A stretch of 63,728 bases of DNA, counting the filler, from Lenisia limosa (taxonomy: Eukaryota; Protista; Breviatea): NCBI GenBank assembly GCA_001655205.1. It is 8 parts of 8 records of this genome, joined end to end, with 100 filler letters (N's around TTAATTAATTAA, not from the genome) between each part and the next. Parts side by side here need not be neighbours in the genome. Positions count along the whole stretch, not along the records: positions 22,095 to 41,143 come from LPNZ01003684.1; 7 more parts are not named here. One strand, given 5' to 3'. A model generated the notes under the pieces. That model saw only the letters and a list, made by a program, of their open reading frames with translations. It was not told the origin of the DNA and searched no databases. A program made the position numbers and the translations under genes. This document shows, one piece after another, positions 22,380-36,800 of this stretch. Every line of letters starts with the position of its first letter. The stretch's first letter is position 1.

Positions 22380-25300
22380 TAATGCTTGCAATGGCGTCAT
22401 CTACGTAAGACTAGAAGGTAAGTGGGTACACTTATAATATTGAGCTAATTTCTCAAGGGAACATCGTAAATAAATTAATTTGATATCAAGATTTTTAAAT
22501 GTCAACATTTCGAAGCGAGATAAGGAGGCTTTTTGAAAACACATTACCGCAATAAACGAAAACACAAATCCGGTATACTTTGGTTGTCGCATGGTTGGGG
22601 TCTGTTGGGGTATTCAAAATACTGCAATGTAAGAAACCAAAGAGTTTTGGCAAATATTTGCATATAACAAATTCATATTAGCCGGATACCGAAGATCAGA
22701 GGTCACCACGTCCCCATTATGAGAGTGACTGAATGAAAGAACAACAGCAGCCGATAGAAGAAGCACGAGAAGCCTTGTAATGTACTTCTCTCCCATATTT
22801 CTCCGCCGTGTTTGCTACTCTGAAATCCTTTCCTTTATCTATTCCTTCTTCTTTTTGTGTTTTGTGTGTGTGCTCGCACCAAGTTCTGCAAGTTGGCTCA
22901 AGCTCCACAGCTCTCCGCCAGATTTTAAGAACATATATCCTGGTCCATCAAGCAAATTGTCTTACATTCGACACCTTGTCCAAAAAATATATGTTGGATA
23001 TAAACTTGCATTACTGGAATTGCAAGTTTGCTGCAGGTTTACTCCTTACAGCTTTTTCAACCCCTTCTTCTTTTTCTCCTGTCTTTTCTTTGATTGGTGC
23101 CTTTTGTATTTAGTTTTTTTAGTTTCTTAGTTCATCAAAACATAGCACAGCACTGTGAACAAACCTCTTCTGTGATCATGCCGATCCTTCAGAGGTAAAA
23201 GGATATTTGTGTGAAGAAGTTGAAATGATGTAATACGTACATATATGTCACATCAAAGCTGGGTCTCACAGATATGGTGTTCTATTAGAAACAGTTTTTG
23301 AAATATCACAACAATTTCATTACCTTCGAGAAACCTAACAAAATCCGAATTTTTTGTGATCAACAGAATAGAATATGAAAAGACTAAGAAATGTTATCAC
23401 CAAGAATATCATGACAAGATAGAGAGACCATTTTCAGAATTAGTACCCATTCTCCCCACTCACAAAAAGCAGCAAAGCTTGTTGAAGAGCAAGGTTCAAC
23501 GTGTTCATCTAACTCAAACCACCAAGGACATGCGACAAACAATCTAACAGCAAAACACACAGAAATGACAATACAAAGAATGACAATACAAAGGAATACA
23601 AATACACATTCAACAACAATAATTGTAATCTTTCTCCAAACTATATAAAATACCCGTGAAATAGTCACAATGAAAGGAACACTAAAGGGAAACTTACCTC
23701 AAAGAACCATATATTTTCAGTCAAGAAGGTACAAACTTCTTTGTGGTTGTTCAAGAACGAAAAAAGGATAATGATACAAAACTGGATGAAGAAATAAGAT
23801 ATTATCATATTCATCATATAATAGTACATAATATGCATGGATATGATATGTATATACTATATCATATGAAAGCATATGAATTATACGCACAACCAGGATA
23901 AAAAAGGAAATATTTATAAACACTTACAACACAGCGTTACACAAACAATGGAGAATGATGTTTTGAAAATCAATCTCGGAACAACAGGGGAATTCAACTT
24001 TTGACTTATTCTGCAAGGAAAATGCAATTGCAATTGAGCGAAGATATGGTGGATGGTTATTCCAGGACTTTCTTGGATCAGTTTCTCCACAAGACGCCGA
24101 CTCGATACGATCTCTGATTTTCCCACTACCTGGCCAAAGGCTTAATACCTATATATAAATTATACGACTCTGAGTCTAGCATCAAAGCAAAAGAAATGTA
24201 GGGGTTTATCACAATAAACCACAAACCTTTTCCTTAATGGTTTCAAGAGTCATTTCTCCAAAATGGCGAATAATTGTGGCCGAGTTATCAGTGACGGACA
24301 CCTAAAACAGAAAGAACTGTTCATGATTTCCATGAACAAACAAAAACAACATCTGAATAGCTATAAAATATATATACAAGTCGATAATTTCAAACCCGCC
24401 ACAATCATGAGCGCTTGAGATATCAACCCACGGGAGGAACAGTTATCTTGTGATATCATTAATACAGTATAAACCTATCAGCAATACCCTAGTTCCTACC
24501 TGTGCGATTGTTGGTCCCTGGTCGTTACATAAAATAAAAGTTGGGTTTTTGGACCTTGGGCTCAATTGTCCAACGGGGGTCTCCTAAGATATGACGGCAA
24601 AGCACTATACTCACACTATCTTCGTCTATGGCCAAAATCATGGTCGAAGTGTTTTTACCAAGAACAGCTGGCAAAATATTCAGGGGGGAACAATCTAAAA
24701 AGAGAAATAGCAACTACAGACCCGTTAGATTGGGGGAGAAAGTAACATACATCCTTTGCCAAATCTGAAAGATGCTCTGAGGTAGATGTTATCGTCAAAA
24801 TATCTAGTGGTGATGAAGGAAACAGTTTTATACCTTTTAGGAGTAATTCTGACTTGTTTGGCTTAGTAAGAGGGGTCATATCCTTAATTTTCCTCAAACC
24901 AACAGTGAGTCGACCAAGTTCAGGTGGTTTGACCACCTATAATAATAATAAATAAAAGAAGGAGGGCGAACCTTTCCCATAATAGATATTTTTTGACTCA
25001 TCTGAGTGAGACGAATCAGGGAGCAAAAAATATCATTAGAAAGGTGAAGTCTTTGATTGGTATCCTCGTTTAGCTCAATCCAGCGAATATTACTCCCAAT
25101 TCTAATACATAGTGGATTGCCTAAATTAATCACATCAAAAAGCACCCACTAGAAACAGGCAAGGGGGTATTGAAGTGACACCAGGGTAATTGTTGTACGT
25201 CCGTCAGCACCCCTAGTTCCGGGAACTCTGCAAGAGTTGATAAATTAAACACAAAATACAAAATGAATCAAAGGAGGTATAGAACACAATTTTCATTACT

Positions 25301-28100
25301 TTTCTCAATGATTTGAGGCTAAAAAAAAAGATATTTGTATGTATATTATGTATATGTACGTGTTTCAAAAATATATCATTTATCACGCGCCACTATTCAA
25401 GTCACAATAATTCCAATGGTCTTTGCTATCTCCTCTTGTAACAAGTCTCAGTTAAACTCAGAAAAATACTTGGGATGAACCCTCACCTTGTTACCATACT
25501 ATGATATTATCACTGATGATACTATTAATGCAGAACACCTCATAGTATAAGCATGTGCAATCCCAATAAATGCGCAAAACGCAGTGTGTCGCAAAAGAAA
25601 AGTGGTTAAGTTTTTATTATTAAGATACGCTATCAGACATTTATATACATTTTATACAACTTTATTTCTGATAACCCAAAGCCAACCAAGTTCAGGGAAC
25701 GTAGCTAACTGACATGATTCTTTCACTCGCAAAAGAAATGAATACGACCTTTCAGATACACTTCCAATAAGAATAGGGTTAGATACTTGATTATGCTACA
25801 ATGTTACTTAATACAACTCATACTCGTTGAGTAAGAAGACGCGAGGTAGCAAGATGAATTTCAGAGACGGACCAGTGAAAAGGACCACTCTCTGGGAGAC
25901 CTTCCATGAAGTCAAGTGTGGAAGGGGGTTCTAATGGTACTCGTAAAACTAACACGATTCGTACTTGTGAAAGAGTTATAAATGTTATGGAATGCTTGGA
26001 GAGCAGAGTACTGAGACTGGCTCATTTTCAGTCCCATTTCAGTAGGGGTGATAGCGCAGACAGTTTGTAACAAATACAAAACATGTTGAGCCAATGCCTC
26101 TGCTCCAACACTAGAATACCAATTTGTAGACCCTTGAGGTTCTAACGAGACAACAATAAATGGGGTCTGGGCCTCGCCTCTTACTTTCTTTGCGATATTT
26201 GCAAGTCTCATCTAAAAAGTTATGGCAATAATAATGGTTGAATACATCATGTACTAATATAATATTAAATATATCCCATGATTAGAAATCAGAATTATAT
26301 TGTCATACATCATGTCATAAAAATGAATGGGGAAAATGAAGCATAGTAGTGCTAATACGTTTGCTAACATTCGCGGCAAATTTATCAAGATTTTCTCGGA
26401 GTTTTTGGGTCAAATTACGATCATGAATGGGACCGCGAAGGGCATATTTCAAAGCTAAAAATGATGATTGAAAATCAATCAAACAGTCTCCAAAGGAAGC
26501 ATTACCAGTCGATTTCATCGTTTGAAAATCTGCCTTGTAAGCATTCAAAATAACGTCTTACTAAAAGTGCCTTTAACCTTATTGTGAGTGATTGGGTCAA
26601 TGAACTCAAATGAAGAAGATTCTAAACTGTCATAATATCAAAGGTAATGAGGTCACCTGGAAGATCAAATTTAGTTGACCTGTGTTCGCGTGATGCCTGC
26701 TTATTTGACTCCGAAATATAGTCACAAAGGGGCATATCATCAATAGAGAACTCTTAAAAGTCAGGATAGGAAAGACAACACATACGTGTTGCTACTTGTC
26801 CAGCAATTGACCGGCCTGAACATTAGTTGCAAGTTGATCTTCTCACCAAGGGTTTCGATTTGCTCTTTAGAATTTGAAGTGATAACATTGTTTTCTGGAA
26901 AAGGAATAGAAAAGCCGGTTTTGTTTGAGGGATTGTCCATTGCAGAGAACTCTTGGAGTGAACGGAGCCCTTCAATGCCAATAGGTCTATTCACAGAGTT
27001 CTAGAGAATTACTAACTCACACCTAGCTTACAATATCCAAAGTAGCAGAAGAGCTGGGTGGTTCTATTTCATGCTCAAATACTTCTTCCTGTATGTCAAC
27101 CAAGTCCAAGTACTCAAACATGTTCCTCTTCGTCAATAATGGCACTGTTATCATAGAGAATATCAAAATACCTAATGTGGAGTGAGAGTCATCGTGCACA
27201 TACTTTCCGTCAGAGACCATATGTGAAGTCATGTTAACATTTTGAGGACCCAAAATCTTTGGTGGCTCCCAAAGAACGATCTGTATTCTGTATTTTAAGA
27301 AATAACACATATCGATATGATATATCTTATCATCACCAACCCGAATAAAAATAGGAGAATATCGCAGGACGTTGAGTCGAATTTTCCTGACTGCATTTCC
27401 TGTTTCTTGATAGCAACCGTCTCTTCACTGACCTTGTGGAATGAAAATACAAACAAGACTAGACATTACCACCCCCTACAGAAAGAGCAAGCTGCACCCA
27501 TTCAACGTCATGTAAAAGAATTGTAAACAAAAAATTGGAAAATACAGTGAAATCACTTCCAGGAACAACCTGATTGTAAATATTGAAAATGAAACCAACA
27601 AATGCGGCAACTGCATGGAGAAAGCCTGGTGTACAGTAGCCATGAAGTACATCATTTGGAAAAATGTATCTGCGAATAGATGCCTCTCTTGATTCAATAT
27701 TGTTAGACGACTGGAAACGGGTTAACTAGAAATATAAATGTTTAAAGACACAAAGGTGGTTTGGTAAGGAAATTAAAAGATTAATTCAACATCGATGATA
27801 GACATAATGAGAATAATCTTCAAGCAAAACTCCCCACCCCTCTCTCTCACCGGATTTTGGGACCATCCGATAAACTGTCTGCAGTAATCCACTGTTTCTT
27901 TTCCAATGTGGAGTGGTTGCGATTCGCAGTCAACTCTGAATGTGTATTCAGTCATCACATTAATGGTGCAATAATGTTTTGCTGAAATGAGTTAGATATG
28001 ATATAATAATAATAAAGGTGTTTATTAGGGCAGACTTACCTCAGATAACAATCAACTTCAGCAAAAACGAATAATGAGTTGCGGTAGACAAGGAATAATA
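22380..28100 (-). CDS. Large AT-rich multi-exon orphan protein with many very short (25-45 nt) introns
   Basis: Chain of minus-strand open segments (27773-27958, 27476-27697, 27023-27310, 26761-26994, 26315-26548, 25912-26211, 24894-25145, 24655-24936, 23914-24126) separated by GT-AG introns. No recognisable domain; ends uncertain. Confidence 0.5.
22973..23035. repeat. Left arm of an imperfect inverted duplication (partner 28200-28259)
   Basis: ACCTTGTCCAAAAAATATATGTTGGATATAAACTTGCATTACTGGAATTGCAAGTTT matches the reverse complement of ~28204-28259. Confidence 0.8.
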
Positions 28101-28199
28101 ATAATCAGGGCTCTAAGCTGATAATAATAATAATATAATATACGCAGTGGGAAGGGCTGATGGGGTTGGGCTGGGGAAGGCAAGGGGAAAACAAACTTG

Positions 28200-28259
28200 G
28201 AGTAAACTTGCAATTCCTGTTATGCAAGTTTATATCCAACATTAATTTTTGGACCAGGT
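28200..28259. repeat. Right arm of the imperfect inverted duplication (partner 22973-23035)
   Basis: AAACTTGCAATTCCTGTTATGCAAGTTTATATCCAACATTAATTTTTGGACCAGGT. Confidence 0.8.
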
Positions 28260-28394
28260 ATAGCGTTCAGTTCCATGTGTTTTCCTGCTTGCAGTTAATA
28301 GGTGGCAGTACGCACGCTATTCAACAAACGCTATCATTTTTTTGTTTTAATTTTTCGTTTTCAAACTTTTGCTCTGTGACATTGACAAACAATC

Positions 28395-31300
28395 ATGATC
28401 GAGGAGGTGCGCTTATAGGGCTCTATTGGATTGGGTTTTCAAAGGTTTTTCAGCCTCTGATTCGTTCCCCTCTTTCTTTGAGACATCTTCATATGCGTCT
28501 GTCTTCATATTTTTTTTTCAATCAGTTCTCCTCAATTCTCTTTAATTGATAATTAAGGTGCTCTACACGGGCTCTGCCTTTGTTGGATTGGCGACTCTGT
28601 CTCTCTCTGGAAAGAAATATGGTAAGACTGCGGATCAATCATATCTCTAGCTTTTCGCGTATTTAGTATCCCGCATTCATGTCTCTTCACGTTCATTTTT
28701 GAGAATATCTAATTGAATTTGTTCATTTCATTGTTTTTATTATTATGTATTGTTTTTGAGTATTCTTCTTCTTCTTCTTCTTCTTCTTTTTTGATTTATC
28801 AATTACACCATTTTCATCATGGCAGAACATAGGATATAATCTATTCTTGAGTACCTTGAATGTTTCACCATCCTGACGATTCAGTTGAAGCAGCTTTCCG
28901 TTGGGCCTTGGCGTATCCACGAACACTTGCTACAGGCTACACCATCGCTGCTTGGTGAGGGCCTTTTTTTCTCTCTTTGCACATTGCTTTTTGTTCAGTT
29001 TCAAGGTAAACCATTGTTGATTTAGTATATCATTGCAACATTTTCTCCCATATATATATATTATGTTTCCTTTGGTGACGCTTTTTATTCAGTAAGAGAC
29101 CACATATAACTCCTCTTCACCCGTGTGTGATTTCCCAGGTGGTTTGCAGTCACGTCTTTCATTGTGGCTCTTGGTGGTTCCGGGAGCCCTTCGATCAGAG
29201 CTGGTAAGTTCTTTGGCGACGCTTCATTTGTGGTTATAAAAACCAATTTCTTTTTGTTTTTCTATATCACAGCCCTTTTTCACTAGTACTACATCTATTA
29301 TATTGGTATTTCGGCTTCCATATTAATATTCTGTTTTTGTTCCTACTCTTCACTCCTTTTTAGGGCTTCTTTTCGCAGCAGTTATGATGGCATTTGGGCC
29401 ATTCCTAATTCTCACACCAACAAAGCCAATTGTTCTCAAGCAAGAAAGGTTTGAATGAAGATAATGATATCTGTGCTGTCAATTTTTTAAATTGGTTTTC
29501 AAATGGTTTTTTTTTTCATCTTTTCAGTTTTTTGAAGAAAATGGCGCGTGGAGCCCAAAAGGAGGAAACTCGTTACGCATCGTTTGGACTCTTTTGTGTG
29601 ATTACCCTTTTACAAAGTTGGGGAGGGGATACATCATAGCTTTCTTTTGATCACTGCTCAGGGATAAGTGTCAAAAGAGAGCTGTCTCTCATGGAATGAT
29701 TTTTGACACAGATAATAGTTTGACCTTTTACATTTGAATCATCTAATTATCTTCAGTTTGGGTGGTATACTGTCTCGCAGTTGTCATGGACGATATCGGT
29801 GTTTCATGGCGCATTACGGCCGCAGTTTGCATTTGGTTTGTGGGGATATTGTATTCCACATTTATTATTGTCATCAGTATCAGTGTTAGGGAGACAGACT
29901 TTTTCTGTAGTCCACCTTTTTTTGATGCATTATTTCCCCCCTCTCACTTTTTAGCTATTACCTTGTGTGCCTCTTCTACCTAGTTGTGTTCTACAGTGTG
30001 ATGATGAAAAAGGATGTGGTTGTTCATGGGATCAATTTGCGAGAGCAAATCAGAAGAAACCTCTTTTGGAAGTTTGGTGACCGCAGGTTCGACCTTCTTG
30101 CAGCGAGTATGAGGGTTGTGTTTGATTGCTGTAATGTGATATGGCGCCAAAGGACTCTTGCATTTGCAGTATACATTGTATTTTGTCGTATTTAATGTAC
30201 CCGCTCCTTACCACTTATATTCTGCTAAATATACATGCACATGTATTTCTCATTATTTTCATCAAACTCCCTTCTCCAGAGTACTATGTCCACGTGTACG
30301 TTACGATGTTTGTCATTGTTTTGGTTTCTGTCGCAGTGTTCTGTGTTTTGGCCCTGATACGACTCTTAGCAGATGGCGAACGTTGGAGGGGCGCGGGGCG
30401 GGGGGTGTTTTGCATTTGAATTCAAATTTCCAAATGATTTTGTTATTGCGAAGGATATTTAAATTACTGCACTTATTTTATCAGTTTTTTTTATCAATCA
30501 AAAATAACTGAACCACCTTCAATCATATCTTTCGTTTTCCTTATCTCTTGACAGCTGTATTCGTGGTGGCTACGTTCATCATGGCCATCATCACACTTGC
30601 CGTGTTCTCCATCTTCATTCTCAATGTGGCCTTTAACCCTGTTAGTATCACAGAGGTATGGTGGTATGGACTGGACGATAGCATCCCCTTTTTTACACTA
30701 TTATGTGTAAGTTCAAACCAGGTTACTGACATCAAAACAAATAGTTCGAAAATCGATAACCCCACAGACTGTGACCGCATCTGGAGAAGTTGTCCGCTTG
30801 TCCGACATCAGGGGATTCCACGTACTCAGAAACCAGGATAGAAGCGTTAGCGAGGGTGGAAATGGAAGCGTTGGCGAGGGTGGAGATAGGTTTTTTTGTG
30901 GTACTTTAGGGTGGATGGTGCACAATTGTTTCATCATGTGGAAGTATTGGTTTGCGAAAACTCTACTCTGTATCCGATAATCTTTCTTCTCAAACACTCG
31001 TTAAATTATAGATTATATCGTTATTGTAATATTATAAAATGGGCATCTCTACTTTTCGTAGCAGTATGCTGCCTTTTTTTTAATTCATCGAATGTCCACT
31101 AGTACATAAGAGGAAAAACTCTTTTCAGAAGTAATTTATCATTATATCATTGTTTTTTTTCTGCTCAGCTTTGTCACTTTTCAGATGTTGGTTAACTACT
31201 ACTGTCAAGCAGATGCACAGAAGGGATTGATTCAGGTAATGCTTGAAGCTCAAATTACATCATTTTCACCACTACAACTACTCAGAATAATGTCCCTCGC

Positions 31301-33650
31301 TCTATTTCTGATTGTCTTAGTCTTCTTTGGAGCATTTGTCCTCCGAGTGCGAAATCCGACCAGCCTTTACTGCCACGTACTGCTTCCCTTCTTGGTGAGT
31401 GGGGGGTACTGCTTTACTTCTTTTTTGAGGGTTAGATTCCATGTTTGTGTGGTTCTTAATGTTATTGACAACATCACCAAGCAACATGATATTGGTTTAT
31501 GAGGTTCTCTAAACTGCCAACAGGAATAGTACTCTGACCAAAATTGATTCTACAGGGGTTGTTGCAAGCAACTCAGCTCCCTCTTCCTGACCTCTCTCAT
31601 TGCCACCCATGAGGACTATTCTGAATCATGGGCTCTAGCTGCTTCCTTTGAAAGTTGCCGGGAGGCTTATTTTTATTATTGTCTTTATAATTCACGATTC
31701 CTTTTTGCTTCCATTAACTTTTGTGGATCTCTCACGATTAATTGATCACACTTGTATTGCTATGAATGAGTGAGGTTCTCTATTATTCCAAAAATTACAA
31801 TAAAACCTTTGCAGCACTGGACATCTGTCAGCCTCTCATTGAAGGACCAATTGTCGTAACCGAAGTTCAAAAGAAATTGGTACGAAAAGTAAAACTTTGT
31901 GTTCTCCAATTGTTTGAAATCGATGACATTGCTTCAACTGGTATATTTGAAAATAAGAATTGGCTGTATGTTGCATTTTGAAAATTTTATCGTGTTAGAA
32001 ACAGCTAACAAATCAGGAAGAGCTATCGTTGGCTTATACTCCAAAGACTGATGATGATGGCAAAAGTGCCAAAGAACTGGATAAAAAATCCGCCTTAATA
32101 ACCAGTGAAAAAACTGTCAGAGGATTCGGTATTTCATTTGTTAATATGATAACGACTGGCCTAAACGGTTCACATTGCTAGTGATGAGTAATTGTTTAGA
32201 AAGAAATCAACGTTGTATGCAAGGCTTCAGCATCAGTCATTAATACGTTCTACAAGCAAATGGACTCGGACGGACTTACCACGTGAAGGGGTGGTAGTTC
32301 ATATGGATGTACATATGAGATTGATTAGAAATTAGAAAATTAAAATGATATGGTTTGACATAGTTTTAAACATCTTGTGTTATAATCTAGTGTGTTATCG
32401 TTTTTAGTTCGGAAGCTGAACTGTCGTTACAATGTGGAGGAGAGACGAAATTACCCAGTCTTCTTAATGATGAAAAAACGTGAGTGTGGTGAAGGAATTC
32501 CACTGCAGTTTGATGTTATTTTATTGACCTCATCACCGCAATTTTTAGCTTTGATAACTCTCTTTATATCTCCCTTCCTGTATTTTGAGCTCATATTTTG
32601 TTCTCATGACCCAGGCCGTCTTCCCAATGGATTCTCGGGGATATCTGTAATTGGTGAGGGACATATTGCAGTTGGCTTCTTTTGAATATTGTTTCTATTT
32701 TGGTGGATCTTTTTTAATTTTTCTACATTTGGATTGTCTGTTCCTTTTAAACTTCTAGCCACCCAGCTGTGTCGTCAAGTCTCACGTACTGCGTCACAAT
32801 CATCAATGAAAACACAAATGCAACATCCAAGGTTTGGATACGACATTTGCCAGTACTAATCTCATGTTCTGAACCTCCCTGTTTTCTCAAGGATTGATAT
32901 TCTATCAAAATCCTCATTTCTATATATTCTGTACATCTGTTTTATTTCCAGACTGCGCTTCCAAGAAACAGTACAGGAGCCCAGGTACTGTCACAGTTTG
33001 GAAACCCTGAAGATGATCTCAGATACGATAACCGCGTTGGGGGGGGGGGGGGNNNNNNNNNNNNNNNNNNNNNNNNNNNNNNNNNNNNNNNNNNNNNNNN
33101 NNNNNNNNNNNNNNNNNNNNNNNNNNNNNNNNNNNNNNNNNNNNNNNNTATCATTATTTTCTTTATTCTTGTTTATGATATTGTTTGTTTGATAACTAAG
33201 TAGTTATCACTGGTTTAATCTGACTCCTTCAGCCTGTAAGCAACGACCAGAGTATGGACTTCATTGGAGTCAAGTCTGGTGATTACCTCTACATTTCCAG
33301 CCGACCACCGTAGGCGAGACGCCTGTTTTCCTTGCATATGATATATTTTACTCGATGTTTTGATGTTCTTGCTTAACTCTTATCTATGCCTCACCTGATT
33401 AGGACTAAGGGATGGGTGCGTACAACGAGGGTGGGAGGGGGCGCTATTCTTGGATTATTTTTTTTAACAGTGTGTACCCAAAATCGTTTTTTTTACATTG
33501 CTGTTCTGTACATTAGTAGTATTATGCAACATATATTATTGTTTATGGAGATTGTGTTTTGACTAAACTCTTTGAATCCTTTCATTATTAGAGTTTGAAG
33601 ATGAAAAAATCGGCTGGACCTCCAAGAAATGCCTTGGTAAGAATGAATAA
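28395..33650 (+). CDS. Multi-exon polytopic membrane protein with a C-terminal SH3-like segment; may continue into the next model
   Basis: Hydrophobic exons WFAVTSFIVALGG, GLLFAAVMMAFGPFLIL, VWVVYCLAVVM, YVTMFVIVLVSVAVFCVLALIRLL, AVFVVATFIMAIITLAVFSIFILNVAF. SH3-like GVKSGDYLYISSRPPTKGWVQFEDEKIGWTSKKCL at ~33233-33640 depends on a GTACAA donor. Start codon inferred. Confidence 0.55.
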
Positions 33651-33896
33651 ATCAACACTACATTACCATATCGCACATCATTGCCCTAACTTCATCTACA
33701 GCTTTCTGCACTATAAATACTGTTGTTCTATTCGACAATTACGGATTCCCCACAGTCCCAAAGAGACCATAAATAGTTTTTTTTTCGACTGTAGGGAAGC
33801 CCTTGACAACGTTCGCTGTTCTGAATATTGGGTAACCGTCTCGTTGGTTGTTTCCGGATCTTCAACGTCATTTTGCATTATTTAATTACTTAATAG

Positions 33897-36800
33897 AAAC
33901 CAATGGCGGTCCCGTGTGCTGCACCTCCCGGGCGCGGTCCCCCGGTTCCTCGGGTATGTTAGCCGCGTAGCCACCTGAAAAGGATAGTATTTATTTCCAC
34001 CTTCAACTATGAAGTTTAATGCTGTTTGTGGATACTTTTTTGACTATTTAGTCCGCGCCTCCTCCAATGGTTTGTTCGATGTTCCTCGGTTTTTTTTGGG
34101 GAATGCTTGTGTTGATATTAGCTTTTTAGGAAAACATCTACCTTTGACCATCTTCTCATCTGTCTACTCTTACTTTAAACTATTTTTATTCTTAGAGTAA
34201 AAGAGCAATTTCCATTGTGCTCTACACTTGTATCCGTTATTAAATAATATCGCTATTATGTTGTTGAAGTATTCTTACGCTCTCACAGGCAAGAGGTAGA
34301 GGCGGTGGTGGACCTCCTCCTGCTCCAAGTAGCCCTCCAGTTTGAGGGGAATTGATTGATAAAACCCCTCTTGATTTGAAGTTTATTTTTTCTCTCAGAC
34401 TATATGCTTTTTACAGAATCATATAACTGATTAGGCTGCTGCTTTTAATCTCATGTCTTCTGCTGATGAAGATATGGTATGACAGGGGGTAGGGTATAAT
34501 GGGTTACCAGTAGTTATCAGACTCGTTTTGGAATTTCTTAACCGCAACTTTTGTACAATTGATCTTCTCAGATGGGAACTTGCTCCGCTTTATCATACAG
34601 TGTAAGCTTGTGACAACTCTCAGGTGAAATATCAATCAGTAAAAAACAAAGCCACATCCTCTTTGATCCTTATTGTTTTAGGCCAGGGATGACTTTGAAC
34701 CAAGTCGGAGACGCCAATCCTCTCGGATTGTTAAAAATTCCAGAAACGAAGAGGACAATTTCATTGTCCCTTCTGCCCCTGAAGGTATGAGTGAAATGCC
34801 TGTTGAAATACATTTAGCGTAAAATACAGGACAATTATTCTCAGCCATGCTATTCATTTTTTTGATTTACCAGAAATGGATCTCTTTGGTGCTGAAATGG
34901 AGAAAGACCGAGACATGGAGATGATGAAAACCGCCGAGGAGCCTTGTGAAGGATTTGAACCCGAATTTGACGTAACTCCATCTGCAGTTCCTATGCAAGA
35001 AGAGCCAATGGCAGAACCAATGCCCGAACCGGTTCCCCTGAGTACACCGCAACCCGTGTGTGAGGAGAGTATTGTGATGAGCGATGCACCACAACCTTGT
35101 GGAGAAGCTGTCCTTGACATGGAGCCTCCTGTACCTCTTATTGAAAAGGTGGGTGTCAATCTAAAATGTTATTACGGACTTGGGCTCAAGAATTTCAAGC
35201 ATTTGCTCTTCAAAACATGACATGTCAGATTCTGGAATATTTGCAATATTTAATTACTCTAGGCCGGAGTGGTGGAAGAAACTGATGGAATCATGGAACC
35301 AGGTTAGCTTCGTTTGTTTATGCTCGTGTTCATCAGAATCAACAGGATCTAATATTTAGAACTTGATGGAAGGGCTGAGCCTGCTGTCCAACCGCAAGCT
35401 ATGGTATGTATGACAAGGCTAGTCTGTCACAACTCTTACCTTTTTATATACAGCTAGTATATAATTTGGAATAATATTAATGAATGCACTTTGTATTTGT
35501 AAATGGAACCGTAGGCCANNNNNNNNNNNNNNNNNNNNNNNNNNNNNNNNNNNNNNNNNNNNNNNNNNNNNNNNNNNNNNNNNNNNNNNNNNNNNNNNNN
35601 NNNNNNNNGGGCTCTTTATATTTTTCTTAAGCGAAAGTCACATTATTGTCTTGCTGTTAATCTGTATCAATATGAAGAATGATATTGCTAATCTCTTTCC
35701 ACAGTTCCTTTGACTTTTTCTAGTTTTCAATGGATGAAAGCCTTGCAAGTTCAATCTGTGTAGACAAAGCCGATATAACTTTTGATGATGGTGGGGGTAC
35801 GTCAAATGATTTATTTTTTGCATTATTTATCACCATATTGTGGAACATTTATTTCTCTTACAAATAACTACTTCCATAGATTTAGATGAGATTGCAGCAG
35901 AGCTAAATGAATTGGAAGAGGTGGAGGGTGATGAAGATGATTATGATGAAGACGAAGATGAAGCGGCTGAATTTGATGAACCCGAAGAGGAATATTGGCC
36001 TGAAGAAGAGAAAGAGCTACAATTTAAAAAGATGGCTGAAGAAGAACGCAGAGGGGATGAGGAGTCGCTATTGAGAAGGCGGAAAGAAGAAGAGTTCAAG
36101 GCCTACGAAAAAGAAAAAGACAAGGACGTAAGGAAAGGAAAGAAGATGAAGAAGAAATTCAAAGCTGATCGTCGAATGTCTTTTGATGACTCAGACAGTT
36201 GCCACTCAGACGAAAGCAGTGCGTCCGACCTGGACTCTTCTTCTTCTTCAAGCGTTGACGAACATTTAAGAGTGCTGGTGGGTGGGTAAACATGGTTCAA
36301 AAATAACTCTGACCTTAATTGATCTTGATATTCGTTCTGCTTATACCTCCAGGCAAAAAGATCCTATCATGGTATGGCAAAACAGGAAAAGTACAGAGGA
36401 CGCAGACGCAGAAAGTGAGAGTGGTCATTACCTTGTGTAAAATGCGTTCAATCGTCTTTTTTTTTTGATGATAACCAGAACTGAAATGATATTATCGTGA
36501 GCTGTTATTATTTCCCAGGTCCAGAATTCCCCTCCCTCCACCGATTCCTCCTCCAATACCCACTTTGAGACATTTCATTGGTGCTGCTACTGCTTTTGTT
36601 CGTTTGGTCAACCCAGGTTTGCCATAACCGGAAGTTGAATTGTGCACTTGTGTTCGTTAACCCTCCTGCTGAATGATTTTGTCTGAGAATATAATGAAGT
36701 GTAAATCATTGAGAAAAATTGTAATATTGTCCACCAGATCAGAAGAAGTGTGTCTCTTAGATAATTGCCAATCTTACTTTTTAGGTGATGCGTGCAGTTA

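Noticed and set aside
27340-27430. Protein kinase call from ETVAIKK
   Set aside because: No Gly-rich loop, HRD or DFG motifs in neighbouring exons.
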